A DNA stretch of 64,000 nt from Hormiphora californensis (taxonomy: Eukaryota; Animalia; Ctenophora). The notes under the pieces were generated by a model, which searched no databases, was not told the origin of the DNA, and was given only the letters and a program-made list of their open reading frames with translations. This document shows, one piece after another, positions 39,931 to 52,934 of this stretch (within the stretch, counting starts at the first letter, position 1; every line of letters begins with the position of its first letter). The stretch lies in NCBI GenBank assembly GCA_020137815.1, contig CM035358.1, positions 248,001 to 312,000 of the forward strand, in the 5' to 3' direction. The translations under genes were made by a program, and so were the position numbers.

Positions 39931-40288
39931 TCACATAATTACACAACATAATTCTTGTATTCAAATAAGGTAACATAGTTTGCTGAAGAAAATTCATACA
40001 TTTCTGTGATGACGTCATAATCGTAATTAATCACGTGACATCATATGAAAATTTATGAAATATACAAAATTATGCATAATTCTATGACGTCATGACGTGA
40101 CGTCACGAAGTGACGTCACACCATGACCTCATAATCATGTGACATCATGTGACATCATGTGACGTCACCTGATATCACGTGACACATCTGATATCATGTG
40201 ACACCATGTGACACGTGATATGCCCATATATGGAATAATTTGGTGACTCCCAAAATCGTGGCACAGCGGTACCATTTTACATACTACT
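39931..40288 (-). repeat. Polinton right TIR
   Basis: Reverse complement of 19166-19523. Confidence 0.95.
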
Positions 40289-40294
40289 AGGGAG

Positions 40295-40669
40295 AAGACA
40301 AAAATGACAACGGCTCCAACGGCTCACATGAATCTTTTCTGGAACCCGAACCACGTCAAACAGCTCCAGCACCTGGACCGAAATCACTTGAGAGCGGCAA
40401 CCCAGCTTCTGACTGGGCACAACACACTTAAATACCATTTTCACAAGATGAAACTAGCAAACACTCCAACCTGCCGCCTATGCGGCATAGAAAATGAAAC
40501 AGCCAAACACCTCCTCACTGACTGTCCAGCTCTCTGGAAACAGCGACAAGAGAGGTTTGATCGGCTTGGTTTAACCCTCGATGACATCAAGAATGGCTTC
40601 CCGATCACCAAGACTGTTTCATTCTTCATGGATATCCTGAAACAGTTAAACCGGGGGGAAGAGGACTAA
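40295..40669 (+). pseudogene. LINE ORF2 C-terminal part with CCHC zinc knuckle
   Basis: LLTGH...CRLCGIENETAKHLLTDC. In frame with ...YAALRE once the Polinton and one TSD copy are removed (RE-KTKMTTAP). Confidence 0.9.
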
Positions 40670-41091
40670 CAAATCCAAACCCTCAAACCAGGCCGGGGAA
40701 AGGAATCTCCATGGTACCACCCCTCAATCTCACCTATGGTGGAGACGGCCTAATAGAAGAAGAAGAAGACCTCTCAAGTAACCAAGGTAGGGTGAGTGAG
40801 AGAGAGGAAAAGAGAAAAAACTCATCAGAGCACATTTCCAAACCCCAGTGAGAGAAAACAACAAATTTGAAAATTTTATGAAAGTTTTTTTTTTTTTTTT
40901 TTTGGGGGAGAGCACTCCCGTAAACAATCTTTGATGCTGAGAGTTCTCAGTTGTGTATGAAAGTTTTGTCAAAATTTTGTCGGGGGAAAAATCCTGCTAC
41001 TTAATCAAAGTGCCACTAAATCGGGGGGCCACTAAATCGGGGTCCGACTGTACTACTCGATTCGATATCATCGCCGGTTCCAACATAAATA

Positions 41092-41232
41092 CAGTCGGAC
41101 CCCGATTTAGTGGCAGGATAATCTTCCCCCGATATAGGAAATTAACAGTATATTTGACCCCGATTTAGTGGACACCCCGATTTAGTGGACAAACCCTTTC
41201 CACGAGGATGTCACTAAATCGGGGTCCGACTG
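41092..41232. mobile_element. Short Tc1/mariner-type MITE
   Basis: TA|CAGTCGGACCCCGATTTAGTG ... CACTAAATCGGGGTCCGACTG|TA. Confidence 0.85.
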
Positions 41233-41849
41233 TACCATAAAAAATATTACTATAAGTTTGAGACAAGTTTTAGCTTAAAGTTAAATTTAGATCTTTAATC
41301 CGCTGTGTAACCCCTATAATACAGCGTCGCGTGGGGGCTTCGTAACCAATTGTAGAAGGCGTTAGGACTGTAACTCACCTGGACAGTAACTCGAAAGTGA
41401 GTTATTGTCCGAAAATTGGCGTCGAGTTCTTTTTTTCTAGTGACTTTCTGTCCGCATTTTTTTCGACTTTTTGCTAGGACAAAATGTCGATACTGAATAA
41501 TGAGTTCAGAGCAAGAATTAAATAGGGAAGAAAATCGAAAAATACTGGGTTTGACCGGGAATTGAACCAGGGACCTCCAGAGAGACATGCTCGGAGCTAT
41601 AAACCACTAAGCTACCAAACCCTATGTACTGATCGCATTTCATTGCTCTATATTCAAGCTCCTGTGTGATAAAGGAAGTAATTTTGATATCTCCTTCTGG
41701 TGATCAACACACACACACACGCCCTCTGTACAACAGTTTAATGGGGAATCTCACACATACACGGGCAGAAGTGCAGAACTCGGTTAAGGAGAGATTAATT
41801 AGTATTCTGAATAATGAGTTCAGATAGGCCAGTCATATGACGTTTTTTC

Positions 41850-42959
41850 TCACCATAAAAGTTGTAAATCTAATTCCACTTCTAGGGTACTCTAATAGGT
41901 CCCTAGAATCACCAAAAAAATCCTTCGCGAATTTCGCGGTGAAGAACTTAGGTTTTTGGGCCACGCCCTTTTACCTATATTTATATTTTTAGCCTGTTTT
42001 GTAAGACGTAACATGGCTTAGGAACGGAGTAGAGACACAACTGAGTGCACTAAAGTGATCAGCGTTCTCGCATTAGTGGGGGTAGACACCGAAATTAAGT
42101 CTCTATCTTTTCAGATTAATTAGATAATTGGATAATTAGATGCGCACATAGCCGTTTTGTGGCTATATGGTAAAAACCATCTTAGGAAACAAGTAGAGAT
42201 GAAATTGAGAGCACCAAAGTGATCAGCGTCCTCGAATTAGTGGGGGTAGGTACCGGAATTAAGTCTCAATCTCATCTGGTTAATTAGATAATTAGAAAAT
42301 TAGCTTTGCACATAACCGTTTTTGGGCTATATGGCTATAGCCACTTAGGAATGGTAAAGAGACTTTTCACTGGTGTCATTTTGTAGGCAATGGCCAATTT
42401 ATGGGGGGTCGACGTCGGAATTTTAAGCTCTATTTCCAACCGTTTAGCCGTTATTTGGCTTTAAAGGTGCCCAAAATGGGCAAAAAACGGTAAAAAGCCC
42501 GATTTTGAGCACCTTTAGAGCCAAATAACGGCTAAACGGTTGGAAATAGAGCTTAAAAGTCCGACGTCGACCCCCCATAACTTGGCCATTGCCTACAAAA
42601 TGGCACCCGTGAAAAGTCTCTAAACCATTCTTAAGTGGCTATAGCCATATAGCCCAAAAACGGTTATGCGCAAAGCTAATTATCTAATTATCTAATTAAC
42701 CAGATGAGATAGAGACTTAATTCCGGTGTCTACCCCCACTAATGCGAGGACGCTGATCACTTTAGTGCCCTCGGTTTTGTCTCTACTCCGTTCCTAAGCC
42801 ATGTTACGTTTTACAAAGCAGGCTAAAAATATAGGTAAAAGGGCGTGGCCCAAAAACCTAAGTTCTTCACCGCGAAAATCGCGAAGGATTTTTTTGGTGG
42901 TTCTAGGGACCTATTAGAGTACCCTAGAAGTGTAATTAGATTTACAACTTTTATGGTGA
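41850..42959. mobile_element. Long foldback MITE
   Basis: TCACCATAAAAGTTGTAAATCTAATT... inverted over ~450 bp or more. Confidence 0.8.
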
Positions 42960-43022
42960 ATTTTGATCTACATCCGATACCAGGAGCTTGAATATAGAGC
43001 GATGAAATGCGATCAGTACATA

Positions 43023-43099
43023 GGGTTTGGTAGCTTAGTGGTTTATAGCTCCGAGCATGTCTCTCTGGAGGTCCCTGGTTCAATTCCCGGTCAAACCCA
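43023..43099 (+). pseudogene. tRNA-derived sequence (Pol III A/B boxes), not a functional tRNA
   Basis: GGGTTTG acceptor / CAAACCC, A box TAGCTTAGTGG, B box GGTTCAATTCC, irregular anticodon arm, followed by TTTTT. Copies at 41546-41622(-), 63205-63281(-) and 63467-63543(+). Confidence 0.75.
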
Positions 43100-43600
43100 G
43101 TATTTTTCGATTTTCTTCCCTATTTAATTCTTGCTCTGAACTCATTATTCAGAATACTAATTAATCTCTCCTTAACCGAGTTCTGCCCGTGTATGTGTGA
43201 GATTCCCCATTAAACTGTTGTACAGAGGGCGTGTGTGTGTGTGTGTGTGTGTTGATCACCAGAAGGAGATATCAAAATTACTTCCTTTAAAATGTCGATA
43301 GCTAGGACAAAATTTCGAATTTCAAACTCATCCTAAATAGTGGGGCGGACAGAGTTTCTGTCCGGTACCCTTGTAGAACAACTTGTACATGTAATGTATA
43401 TGTAGCTGACGTGTCGACAATACTCAAATTCAGTAAATTCATCAGAAGGAATCTATCAACACATTTGTATTCCTTCCTTCACTGTGAGTGTGAATGTGCA
43501 TTGTAGATAAAGAGCTACTTCTACTTTTTTGTCGAGTGTTGAAATGGCGTGTGAGATTGTTATTACTGCGTAGGTGTGTGCTGACCTATAGACTCTATAA

Positions 43601-46600
43601 TACTTACTTGATACTTGGTACGGTCTCCTCAATCATTCGAGTGGCCGGCTCCAAGTATCCTCGCTCGTAATGATGTGAGCTGTCTCCACTCATTTCTGTT
43701 CTCTGCAGTGTTAGTAATTGCACGGAGAGACTGGGATTGACCCGTAGCGTCTCGATAATCATTCAGCACACAGGAGGACCAGGTTTTACGCGGTCTTCCT
43801 CTGGAACGTCTCCCATGACTAGGCAGTAGGCACCCAGTGGTAGAGTTTGTTGGGCACCCTACCCTCAGGCATTCTAATCAGGTGTCCAAACCAGCGGAGT
43901 CTCCCATTGCCAATGAACTTCGAGATTGGTTCTATCCCCGCCCTCTCCAGTACCTCCCTGTTAGATACTCTCCTAAACCACTGTATTCTCAGGATTCTAC
44001 GCAGGCACCGTTGGTGGAATGCCTCCACCCGGCGATCTTGTACCTGAGTAGTTGTCCAGGCCTCACAACCATAGAGAAGAACTGTCAGAACAGCAGCTCT
44101 GTATATCCTGATCTTGGTACAGGTCCTGATGTTACGGTTGTACCAGATCCTACAAAGCATACTGAATGCACTGTAAGCCTTCCCTATCCTGATACCAAGC
44201 TCCTTGTCGATGGTACCGTCAGAGGACAACGCCGATCCGAGATAGGTAAAACTGGAAACCTGCTCAACCGGATTACCCTCCACAGAGATGCTGACCGTAT
44301 CCGCCTCTGAAAATGGGCGCTGGCTAAGACCCTTTGAAAAAGCCACAACTTTGGTCTTCTTCGCATTAATTTTCAGACCAGCGTACCCTGCGTATTTTAC
44401 CAGCAAATCTGTTGACTCCTGGAGCCCTTCCTCAGTATCATCCATTACAGCCATGTCATCAGCATAGTCGAGATCCATGATCCATTCCCCACCCTCATCA
44501 CTCTCAGCGCCGTGAAGAGTGAGACCCCTGGAGACAGTCTTGTTGGACTCAGCAAGCTGAGCCGCCCAGTTAATCACGATGTTGAAGACTGGTGGACCCT
44601 GAATGTCGCCCTGATCGGTACCACTGAGGACACTGAACCAGCTGGAGAGCTCCCCGTCATGTTTCACTGCACTCATAGTACCGTCAAAGAATGCTCGAAT
44701 TATCCGGACATACTTCTCTGGAAGACCATAATGGCGAAATGCGGCCCAGATAAAATCCCTGTTAATACAATCGAATGCTGATTTGAAGTCAATAAAGTTT
44801 ATATACAACGGTAAATTATATTCTATACACTGATGGATGATGGTACGGAGGGAATAAATCTGATCCACACAAGACCGGTTACGTCTGAATCCACACTGAT
44901 TCTCTCGAAGTGCCAATTCAAGACCAGAAGACAACCTGTTCAGCATAATTATCTGGAACAGCTTGGAAGTGGTAGATCGCAGAGTGATGCCCCTATTATT
45001 TGAGCACACACTGGCGTCACCCTTCTTGGGAATCACCGAGATGACACCCTTTAACCACTCCTCCGGGACCTTCTCCTCCCTCCAGACTCCACCAAACAGA
45101 TCCACAAGGGGGCCAACAAGACCGGACGAGCCATACCGTAGCTGTTCGTTCGAGATCCCATCAACGCCAGGACTCTTATGGTTTTTGAGCCTGTTCAGTG
45201 CCACTAAAACTTCTCCACGAGAAGGCGGAGGATCATCCTCACCAAGATCCTCAAAGCACAGGTCCACCTCCAGACCATCCAGATCCGAAAGCTGTGATGT
45301 AGTTACAGGGGGGGTTAGCAGCTCAGAGAAGTGCTCCGCCCAGCGCTCCCGCTGTTGAACAGGATCAGCGATGAGTTCACCGTTCCTATCACGAACAGCA
45401 GTACCGCCGCGTTTCCTCACACCTGACAGATCTTTCATATGCTGCCAAAGTTCCCTCTGCCGCCCGTGCACCGCAGCATCCTCCAGATCAGACGCCAAAC
45501 TATCCGCCCACCTTTCATCGTCCACCCGTGCTGCTTTCTTGACCAGCTTATTAAGCCTAGAGTACTCAGATCCACCCTCGGGATCATTCTTCTTCAGCTC
45601 AGCACGTTGGGCGATGAGGTCTCGAGTCTCCAGAGACAAGTGCTGCTGACGAATCCGTTTCGGCCGCGCTCCCAGGACCTCCAGTGACACCTCACCGATT
45701 ACCTCCTTAAGTTGCCGCCACTGACCCTCCAGACTTTCCTCAGGCTCCAGAGATTCAAACCTGTTCCGGAGAGAGACATTGTATTCCGTGCGTGTCTCAT
45801 CACACCCCTTCCTGAGATTCTCTATAGCTGGAACCTCCCTGACCGGTTTCCTACAGTTCTTAGCTGCACTCAGCCGGATCCTAACCTTACCCCGAACCAG
45901 GTAGTGATCAGACCCGATGTCTGCACTCCTTAGGACCCTAACATCCAACAGAGAACTTCGCCACTTGTTGCCGACACACAGATGGTCTATCTGCGTCACA
46001 GTGGTACCGTCAGGAGATCTCCAGGTTCCCTTGTGGTGATCCCTATGAGGGAACATCTTCCCACCAATAGACAACTGATGAATCCCACACAAATCCTCCA
46101 ACCGCTCACCGTTGTCATTAGAAACTTGGTGGAGAGAGTGCCCGCCACCAACCCTCGCGTTGAAATCCCCGCCCAAGAAGACCACGTCCTGCCGAGGAAG
46201 CCTATCCAAAACCGATGATAACTGGTTGTAGAACTCCTCCTTGACCGCGTCATCCTTATCATTGGTTGGAGCATATGCAATAACAAGGGAGATATTAACA
46301 TGTTTGGTGTGCAGTCGGGCTGCCATGATGCGCTCAGAGAAGGGACTGTAGGAAATTAAGGACTTCTTGACAGATTTTGATAACACCAACCCAACACCTT
46401 GCCGCCTCAAACCATCTGCCCTGCCAGAGTTAATAAAAAGATGCCCGTTATCCAGGGTCATAACCTCCGTACCAGGCCAGTGCGTTTCTGTGAGAAGCAA
46501 AACGTCAAGTTGGAAAGATGAAACTGCGTTTGATAATTCGTACAACTTAGAGGATGATGACTGTAGAGATAAAACATTCCAAGTTGCCAGATGAAAATGA

Positions 46601-47030
46601 TTACGGACTGCATTAATTGGCTTAAAAGAACTAAAGGAACTAAAAGAACCCGGAGCGGCCACACCAGGGATGTGTTGGCCAGAAATAACTCTGCGATTGA
46701 ATGACACCAGATCCGAGACTCCCATCAGGTCGGAGGGCCCCGAATCACCTGACCCAGCTTTACCCTCCTCCCGTCCTCTGGTCACCCTAACCTCGCTGTC
46801 CGGAATAAGGTGCTTGCCAGCTTTCACCGACGCCAAATTTGAGGAGGACACCGAGAGATTCGTAGCAAGATTTTAAAGCGTGACGAGTTGCTAGCACGAC
46901 ACGCCGCATTGCCCCTCAGTCTCTTAGCATGACCCAGGATGGACCACGGGGAGGTGGACTGATCGGACTTGTCATGTGAGCGGTGGACGTTGGCAGCAAC
47001 GACACACATCACACAACCATTCCCATCCCA
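43601..47030 (-). mobile_element. RTE-clade non-LTR retrotransposon, near full length
   Basis: Single APE-RT ORF with a very short 3' UTR and a CAAGTA/TAAG-type tail. The 5' boundary is approximate and no TSD was identified. Confidence 0.85.
43629..46725 (-). pseudogene. RTE ORF: AP endonuclease + reverse transcriptase, frameshifted near the C-terminus
   Basis: LATWNV, LTETHW, GDFNA, QIDH, GSDH; KSPGVDGI, QCGFR, FIDFKSAFD, QGD, YADD, RWFGH. A 7-bp insertion near 43820 shifts frame before GRRSRGRPRKTW...; natural stop at 43629. Confidence 0.9.
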
Positions 47031-47406
47031 ATAGAGACTTGAAATTTTAAACTTAATTAAAAGACCCCAAGCCGGGTATACATTCCAAATTTCAAGTCAA
47101 TCGGATCAAAGGGAGCGACGCTATAGCCTTCTGAAATCCGGTTTTTCAGCCAAACACCCATAAAACGTATAACTGCGTTTCTGGCAGCGCTTTGGGGGAT
47201 GGAAACCTTTGCGCTTGCCAGCGAAGTGATAAAATTTGTAACTTAGACTTGCAATATAACAGTCGTTATTAATATGTAAATGAATTTATGTAGAACGATT
47301 ACAAATATAATGAGCTGCAACTAGGCCAGGCCGAGATGCAATGATTAAAAACATCAACAATCGCTCTTGTTGATTCTTTAATTATGCTCCGATAGCATCT
47401 TTACTT

Positions 47407-47975
<569 letters not shown>

Positions 47976-48763
47976 CTTTTTACTCAACTGATCAGTATCA
48001 TTGTAACCATGATCCCTCTATATTTTTCGATATTCTACAATTCTTTGTATTTTGTAGAAATGAGTAAACACACACACTCACACAGTTGGTATGTCTGCTG
48101 AAAAATTGAAATGTTAATTTATAACTTTATTTGGTGTGTAATATCTATACTACCCCTGGGGCCTGGTGACATGGGGCGCGCACAGACCAAACTAAGAATG
48201 AGTGCCCACTGCCTTATGATCGAAACAGGGCGCCACCTGGGGCTCTTTTCTGAACTTTCTTCTTAGGAAGATTCTTAACTTTCTTCTTTATAAGAAGGTT
48301 TCGCTAAGAACGTTTCCGAAAATACAGATGGGAGTAATATACAATCTTCTTAGCGATTTTGTTGTTTCTTAACCTATACTTAGGAAGAAAACTCACGCTC
48401 CAAATTGGTGTCATGTGACAGTACACAACCAAAGAGTACTAAGATTCGAATGGCGATAACCAATAGCAATCGAGCAAACATGGGGTTTAAATTGAGGTGT
48501 GAATTAGCTGGTACACACAATATTTTGGATCTATGTAGGGCGTGGGCCATGGCCTAATCATATGCATTATGCAATTGGATATGGTTCCGGTGTCAACTCG
48601 TTCCCACCCATTTCCAACAGTTGAAAAAAATCTAAAGGACTATGGTAAACGTAAATTTTATAAGATCAAGAGCTACCATTTTTAGGGGGTAACCCAGATA
48701 GCTCGGATAGCCCGGATAATAGGTATTTTCAGGGTTAGTCCAGAGGACAATCTGGGATACCTA

Positions 48764-49285
48764 ACACGGGGGATTACGGGGGCTCGAATAGATCGCCCCT
48801 ATAGATCGCCCGTACCAGTCACCCGTACATTTGCTTTGCTTGAAAGTGTGGTGAAACGTAATGCGCAAAGCAAATGTACGGGCGACTGGTACGGGCGACT
48901 GGTACGGGCGTCTCATCCGGGCCCCCGTAATCCGCTGCCTTAGCTTGCATATCTGATACGGGTAATAATACAAATTTGAGCTTGATTACCGGAGTATAGG
49001 CCAGCCCATATCGGTATTAATAATACTGCGTGATTGACTTACACGGGGGATTACGGGGGCTCGAAAAGATCGCCCGTATAAATCGCCCGTACCAGTCCCC
49101 CGTACATTTACTTTGCGCATTACGTTTCATCGCACTTTCATCACAACAAAACCCAAGCGCGTTACGCGCATGTGTTTTGTTGTGGTGAAAGTGTGGTGAA
49201 ACGTAATGCGCAAAGCAAATGTACGGGGGACTGGTACGGGCGATCTATACGGGCGTCTCATCCGGGCCCCCGTAATCCGCTGCCT
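48764..49285. mobile_element. Two MITEs of the GGATTACGGGGG family (48764-48939, 49041-49285)
   Basis: ACACGGGGGATTACGGGGG ... CCCCCGTAATCCGCTGCC ends. Further copies at ~54289-54526 and ~59782-60344. Confidence 0.75.
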
Positions 49286-49355
49286 ATCGGGTTTTGGCAT
49301 CATTGATCGAGCACTATCGGGTTTTGGCGCCCTCTATAGTACTGCGTGATTTTAA

Positions 49356-50364
49356 ATGACTGGGACTGGTATATCGCAAATTGCGTTAAACTATGGCATC
49401 ATTCGACTTCAAATTTTGAGACATGATACAACTAAGTTGTAGCAATTTTCTACTAGTTTCACAGCAAATTTCAATGTTCCTGAATGAATCTATTGCCAAA
49501 AAAACCTCCTCCAACTTTACACGGTCATAACTTTTACCATTTGTTCGCGGAACTGTTTAAAGTGATGTAACACGCTCTAATTAGGCCAAATTCAGGTCAT
49601 TTTACCCCTCAAAGATCACATGTCCAGCTGCTTCTAGTGGGCCTCGGACACGCATACTGCAGCTCTACAGCTCTCCTTTCCATCTTGAGCCAGCAGACAT
49701 GATCATGGTGTCTGGAAGACACTGGAATTGGGATCTAGACATGATCACAATGTCTACAAAGCGTTCTCTCTCTCTCCCTCTCTCTCTCCCGCCCATATCG
49801 AAATCCAAATTCCAGTCACGTGACCTTATAACGAGAAAGGGAGAGAGTGATAGAAGTAGAGAGCATCTAGTTTGTCTGGTTTTCTACAGCTTGTTACCAC
49901 TTCCAGACACCATGATCATGTCTGCTGGCTCAAGATGGAAAGGAGAGCTGCAGTAACACGTAATGTATGCGTGTCCGAGGCCTCATTAGCCCACTAGAAG
50001 CAGCTGGACATGTGATCTTTGAGGGGTAAAATGACCTGAATTTGGCCTAATTAGAGCGTGTTACATCACTTTAAACAGTTCCTGCGAACAAATGGTAAAA
50101 GTTAGCAACTCGTAAAGCAGACGAAACATTCAAAATCGTCTTATCTGTCTCTCCTAAAAATTTGAACTCTCTATCTCATTAGACTCCAGAGATATGGCCG
50201 TGTAAAGTTAAAGGAGGTATTTTGGCAATAGATTCATTCAGGAACATTGAAATTTGCTGTGAAACTAGGAGAAAATTGCTACAACTTAAGTAGTTTTATC
50301 ATGTCCCAAAATTTGAAGTCGAAAGATGCCATAGTTTTCATGCAATTTGCGATATACCAGTCAT
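49356..50364. mobile_element. Kolobok-like foldback (TTAA TSD)
   Basis: TTAA|ATGACTG ... CAGTCAT|TTAA with ~400-bp inverted arms. Confidence 0.7.
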
Positions 50365-52425
50365 TTAAAATAAATGTATTTTCACTTTCAGGAAAGCTAT
50401 TCATGCCTATACCGTATAGTTTTATTTATAGACGTTTGAAAGTTTATTGATTTATTGCACCTGTCACCTAGCAGTGACGATAATTTTAGTTAATTGGAAA
50501 ATTTCTGGCTTTGGTTCAATGGAATTGTTTGCTTCGTTAATGTACATTTACCTCTTTCTTTCGTTTCATTTACCTATACCTGTATACTTTAGGCGTGGAT
50601 AATTCGAGTGTAATACAATTATAACAGTTACTGGTATTCATATACATATCGTATGATATAGTTATGTTGACTGAGTTTCGAGCTTCTTTATGCGGTGGAA
50701 CTGGAAGCCAATATATGCGTTGTTGGCGTACATGCGATGTAATTTATAGACACAGATCTGTTCTAATTGTCTCCCTTATACTACCCCTTTAGTAAAGGCT
50801 TTGTGTTTGAAGAACTCATTATTAAAGCACTGCATTTCAGTAGTATTACTATTTGTCATTTGACGCAGTTACTCTCCTATAGGTCATTTTCAAAGAAGGG
50901 TATGCCTGTTAAAGTGAGTCAAAAACATGCTTCATGCTGTATTTCAGTGCTGCTTGTTATAGTGGGAATACGGTATCTGAATAATACGGTATCTGACCAA
51001 TACGCTTTCTTGGCGTGCTAAATTTAAACGTAGTATGTATAGGGTGTAGTATTATAATAGGGCGTGAGAGTTTCACAGAAAATGAAAGCATTGAATTCGC
51101 ACGGCGTGCGATTAGCACTTTGCAAGACACACGTTAGGGACCAACTTACAAAAAAGTACCCGGGTATGTTTCCCAAAAGTACTCGTGATGGTACCGGCGC
51201 GGCGCCGCCACAAGTATTTTGATTAGGTTGTTACATGGTTGCTTGTAGTGAGAATACAGTATCAGTTCAACATGGTATCAGTTCAACACGGTAAAACCAC
51301 ACGCAAACGGGATCATGGATTGGTCGACCAATTAACATACCGTATTTCTACTACAAGCTGTCTTGTATAAAGTATTCTTTGCCATGTCCCTTGTTCTAGA
51401 AGCTTGGAATAGAAGCACCTTGAATTACTAAATAAGAGTTTGTATATTGTTATCAGCACGTTTTCCAACAACATTTCTTTCAGCCCAATTACACATACCG
51501 ATGTCCCAAATGCGAGAAAATTTGGTTTTCTAATAGCAAGTGGGCGACAAAACTGGTGAGAATTCTTTATGGTCATACCCATTCACTCATCTTCACGTCA
51601 CACAATGAAGTCTCTAACAACAGCTCCCTACTGCAGGAATGCACCAAGTGTAAGATATTTGTGGAGCCCAAGAAGTATAATCAGGAAACGGATGTCATTG
51701 TCGCTACCTGATACATATATGATGACAACGAAAGATAGACACTATTAGTATTAGCAAAACCGATTACAAAGATTGAATTAACATTAGTTTGGAGGTGTTA
51801 TCGCCACATTATAGCTACAAATCGCCTTTTGATTATGATAAAGCGTCTCTACTGCGTTTATGCATATGGTGCGGGACTCACTCGTCCCCAATTTTTGTGT
51901 TTTACTCACATACTTTCCATAGTTGTTTAAATTCAATTGTAGTACGAGTTATTCATGGTATTGATTATTTTGAACAATAAAAAGTACAACTAAAAATGGT
52001 GTAGGACTAGGGGTAGGACTCCTACTAGGGGTAGGACTCCTACCCCTAGCAGACATGTCGGAGTGGCAGACGTGTCCTAGCGTCGGAATGGCCTTAGATG
52101 CTTTTTTCCTTCCCATTTGCATTAACCAAGTTAGTCCTACGAAGTGGAATATGTGGAGTGAAACAGCAGACTATAGACTCGGCGTTTTGGCCCGAGACAT
52201 GACACTCTGCGCGGAAAACGAATGACCATGACCATGGGTTACTCATGTTTAGGACTACTATAAGCATTCATTTTCATGAATCTCTGTGTAAAGGATAAAT
52301 ATACGATAATGGGAAAGGACCGATTGTATACCTCTTAGCACCTTGATCCCTCAAGGGTTATCCGCATTTTACCACCTCCGCCTTAGGGAACAACTCTCTT
52401 TCTACCTCTGCTGACTATCTCTATC

Positions 52426-52603
<178 letters not shown>

Positions 52604-52934
52604 TTCCCTTTCTCTACCTTTTTTCAGCACTGTTTGTAACTACGATGGGCTAACACACATAGTCCGGTCTGGAAAAATGATGCACTGGTCTTCGCAATAT
52701 ACAGTTATACAATTGTGTGTACTGTATATTTAGTAATCTTCCACTGATTTATTTGATACTGAACCTTGTTGTTGAATGGAATATAGAACACTGTCAATCT
52801 CTATATCAGCTTTTACTCCATATTTGCAGCAGCTACTTTTATAACCATCTACAACTTACCAAAACTTGTACCAAGGAGGGGGATACCGATATCCAGATGT
52901 GTTATATGGGTATGTTCTAAATCACAGCTTCAAA

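Larger units (their letters stand above)
19166..40288. mobile_element. Complete Polinton/Maverick (Adintovirus-like endogenous virus), 21,123 bp
   Basis: 5'-AGTAGTA...TACTACT-3' termini. 6-bp TSD AGGGAG at 19160-19165 and 40289-40294. Encodes pPolB, integrase, ATPase, protease, MCP and mCP. Confidence 0.97.
17051..40767 (+). mobile_element. 5'-truncated non-LTR retrotransposon with RT-RNase H-CCHC (I group, LOA/Lian-like), split by Polinton
   Basis: TSD GACCTCTCAAGTAACC at 17035-17050 and 40768-40783. (GAA)n 3' tail at 40755-40767. Confidence 0.9.
16415..41050. mobile_element. Tc1/mariner-type MITE (same family as 3419-4287) interrupted by LINE + Polinton
   Basis: Left end TA|AAGTCGGACCCCGATTTAG. 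16415-16970 is homologous to the 3419 copy. Right end CCACTAAATCGGGGTCCGACTG|TA at 41050. Confidence 0.7.
41493..43288 (+). mobile_element. tRNA-like-containing retro-repeat with inverted 5' arm (Penelope-like architecture)
   Basis: TSD AAAATGTCGATA at 41481-41492 and 43289-43300. tRNA-like copies at 41546-41622 (-) and 43023-43099 (+). A foldback MITE sits in the middle. Confidence 0.7.

Noticed and set aside
43023-43099. Functional tRNA gene
   Set aside because: Irregular anticodon arm and T-stem mismatch, and four copies embedded in a mobile repeat.
43837-46876. Many plus-strand ORFs over the RTE, and antisense ORFs over the LINE and polB
   Set aside because: Shadow frames of long coding sequences with no motifs.
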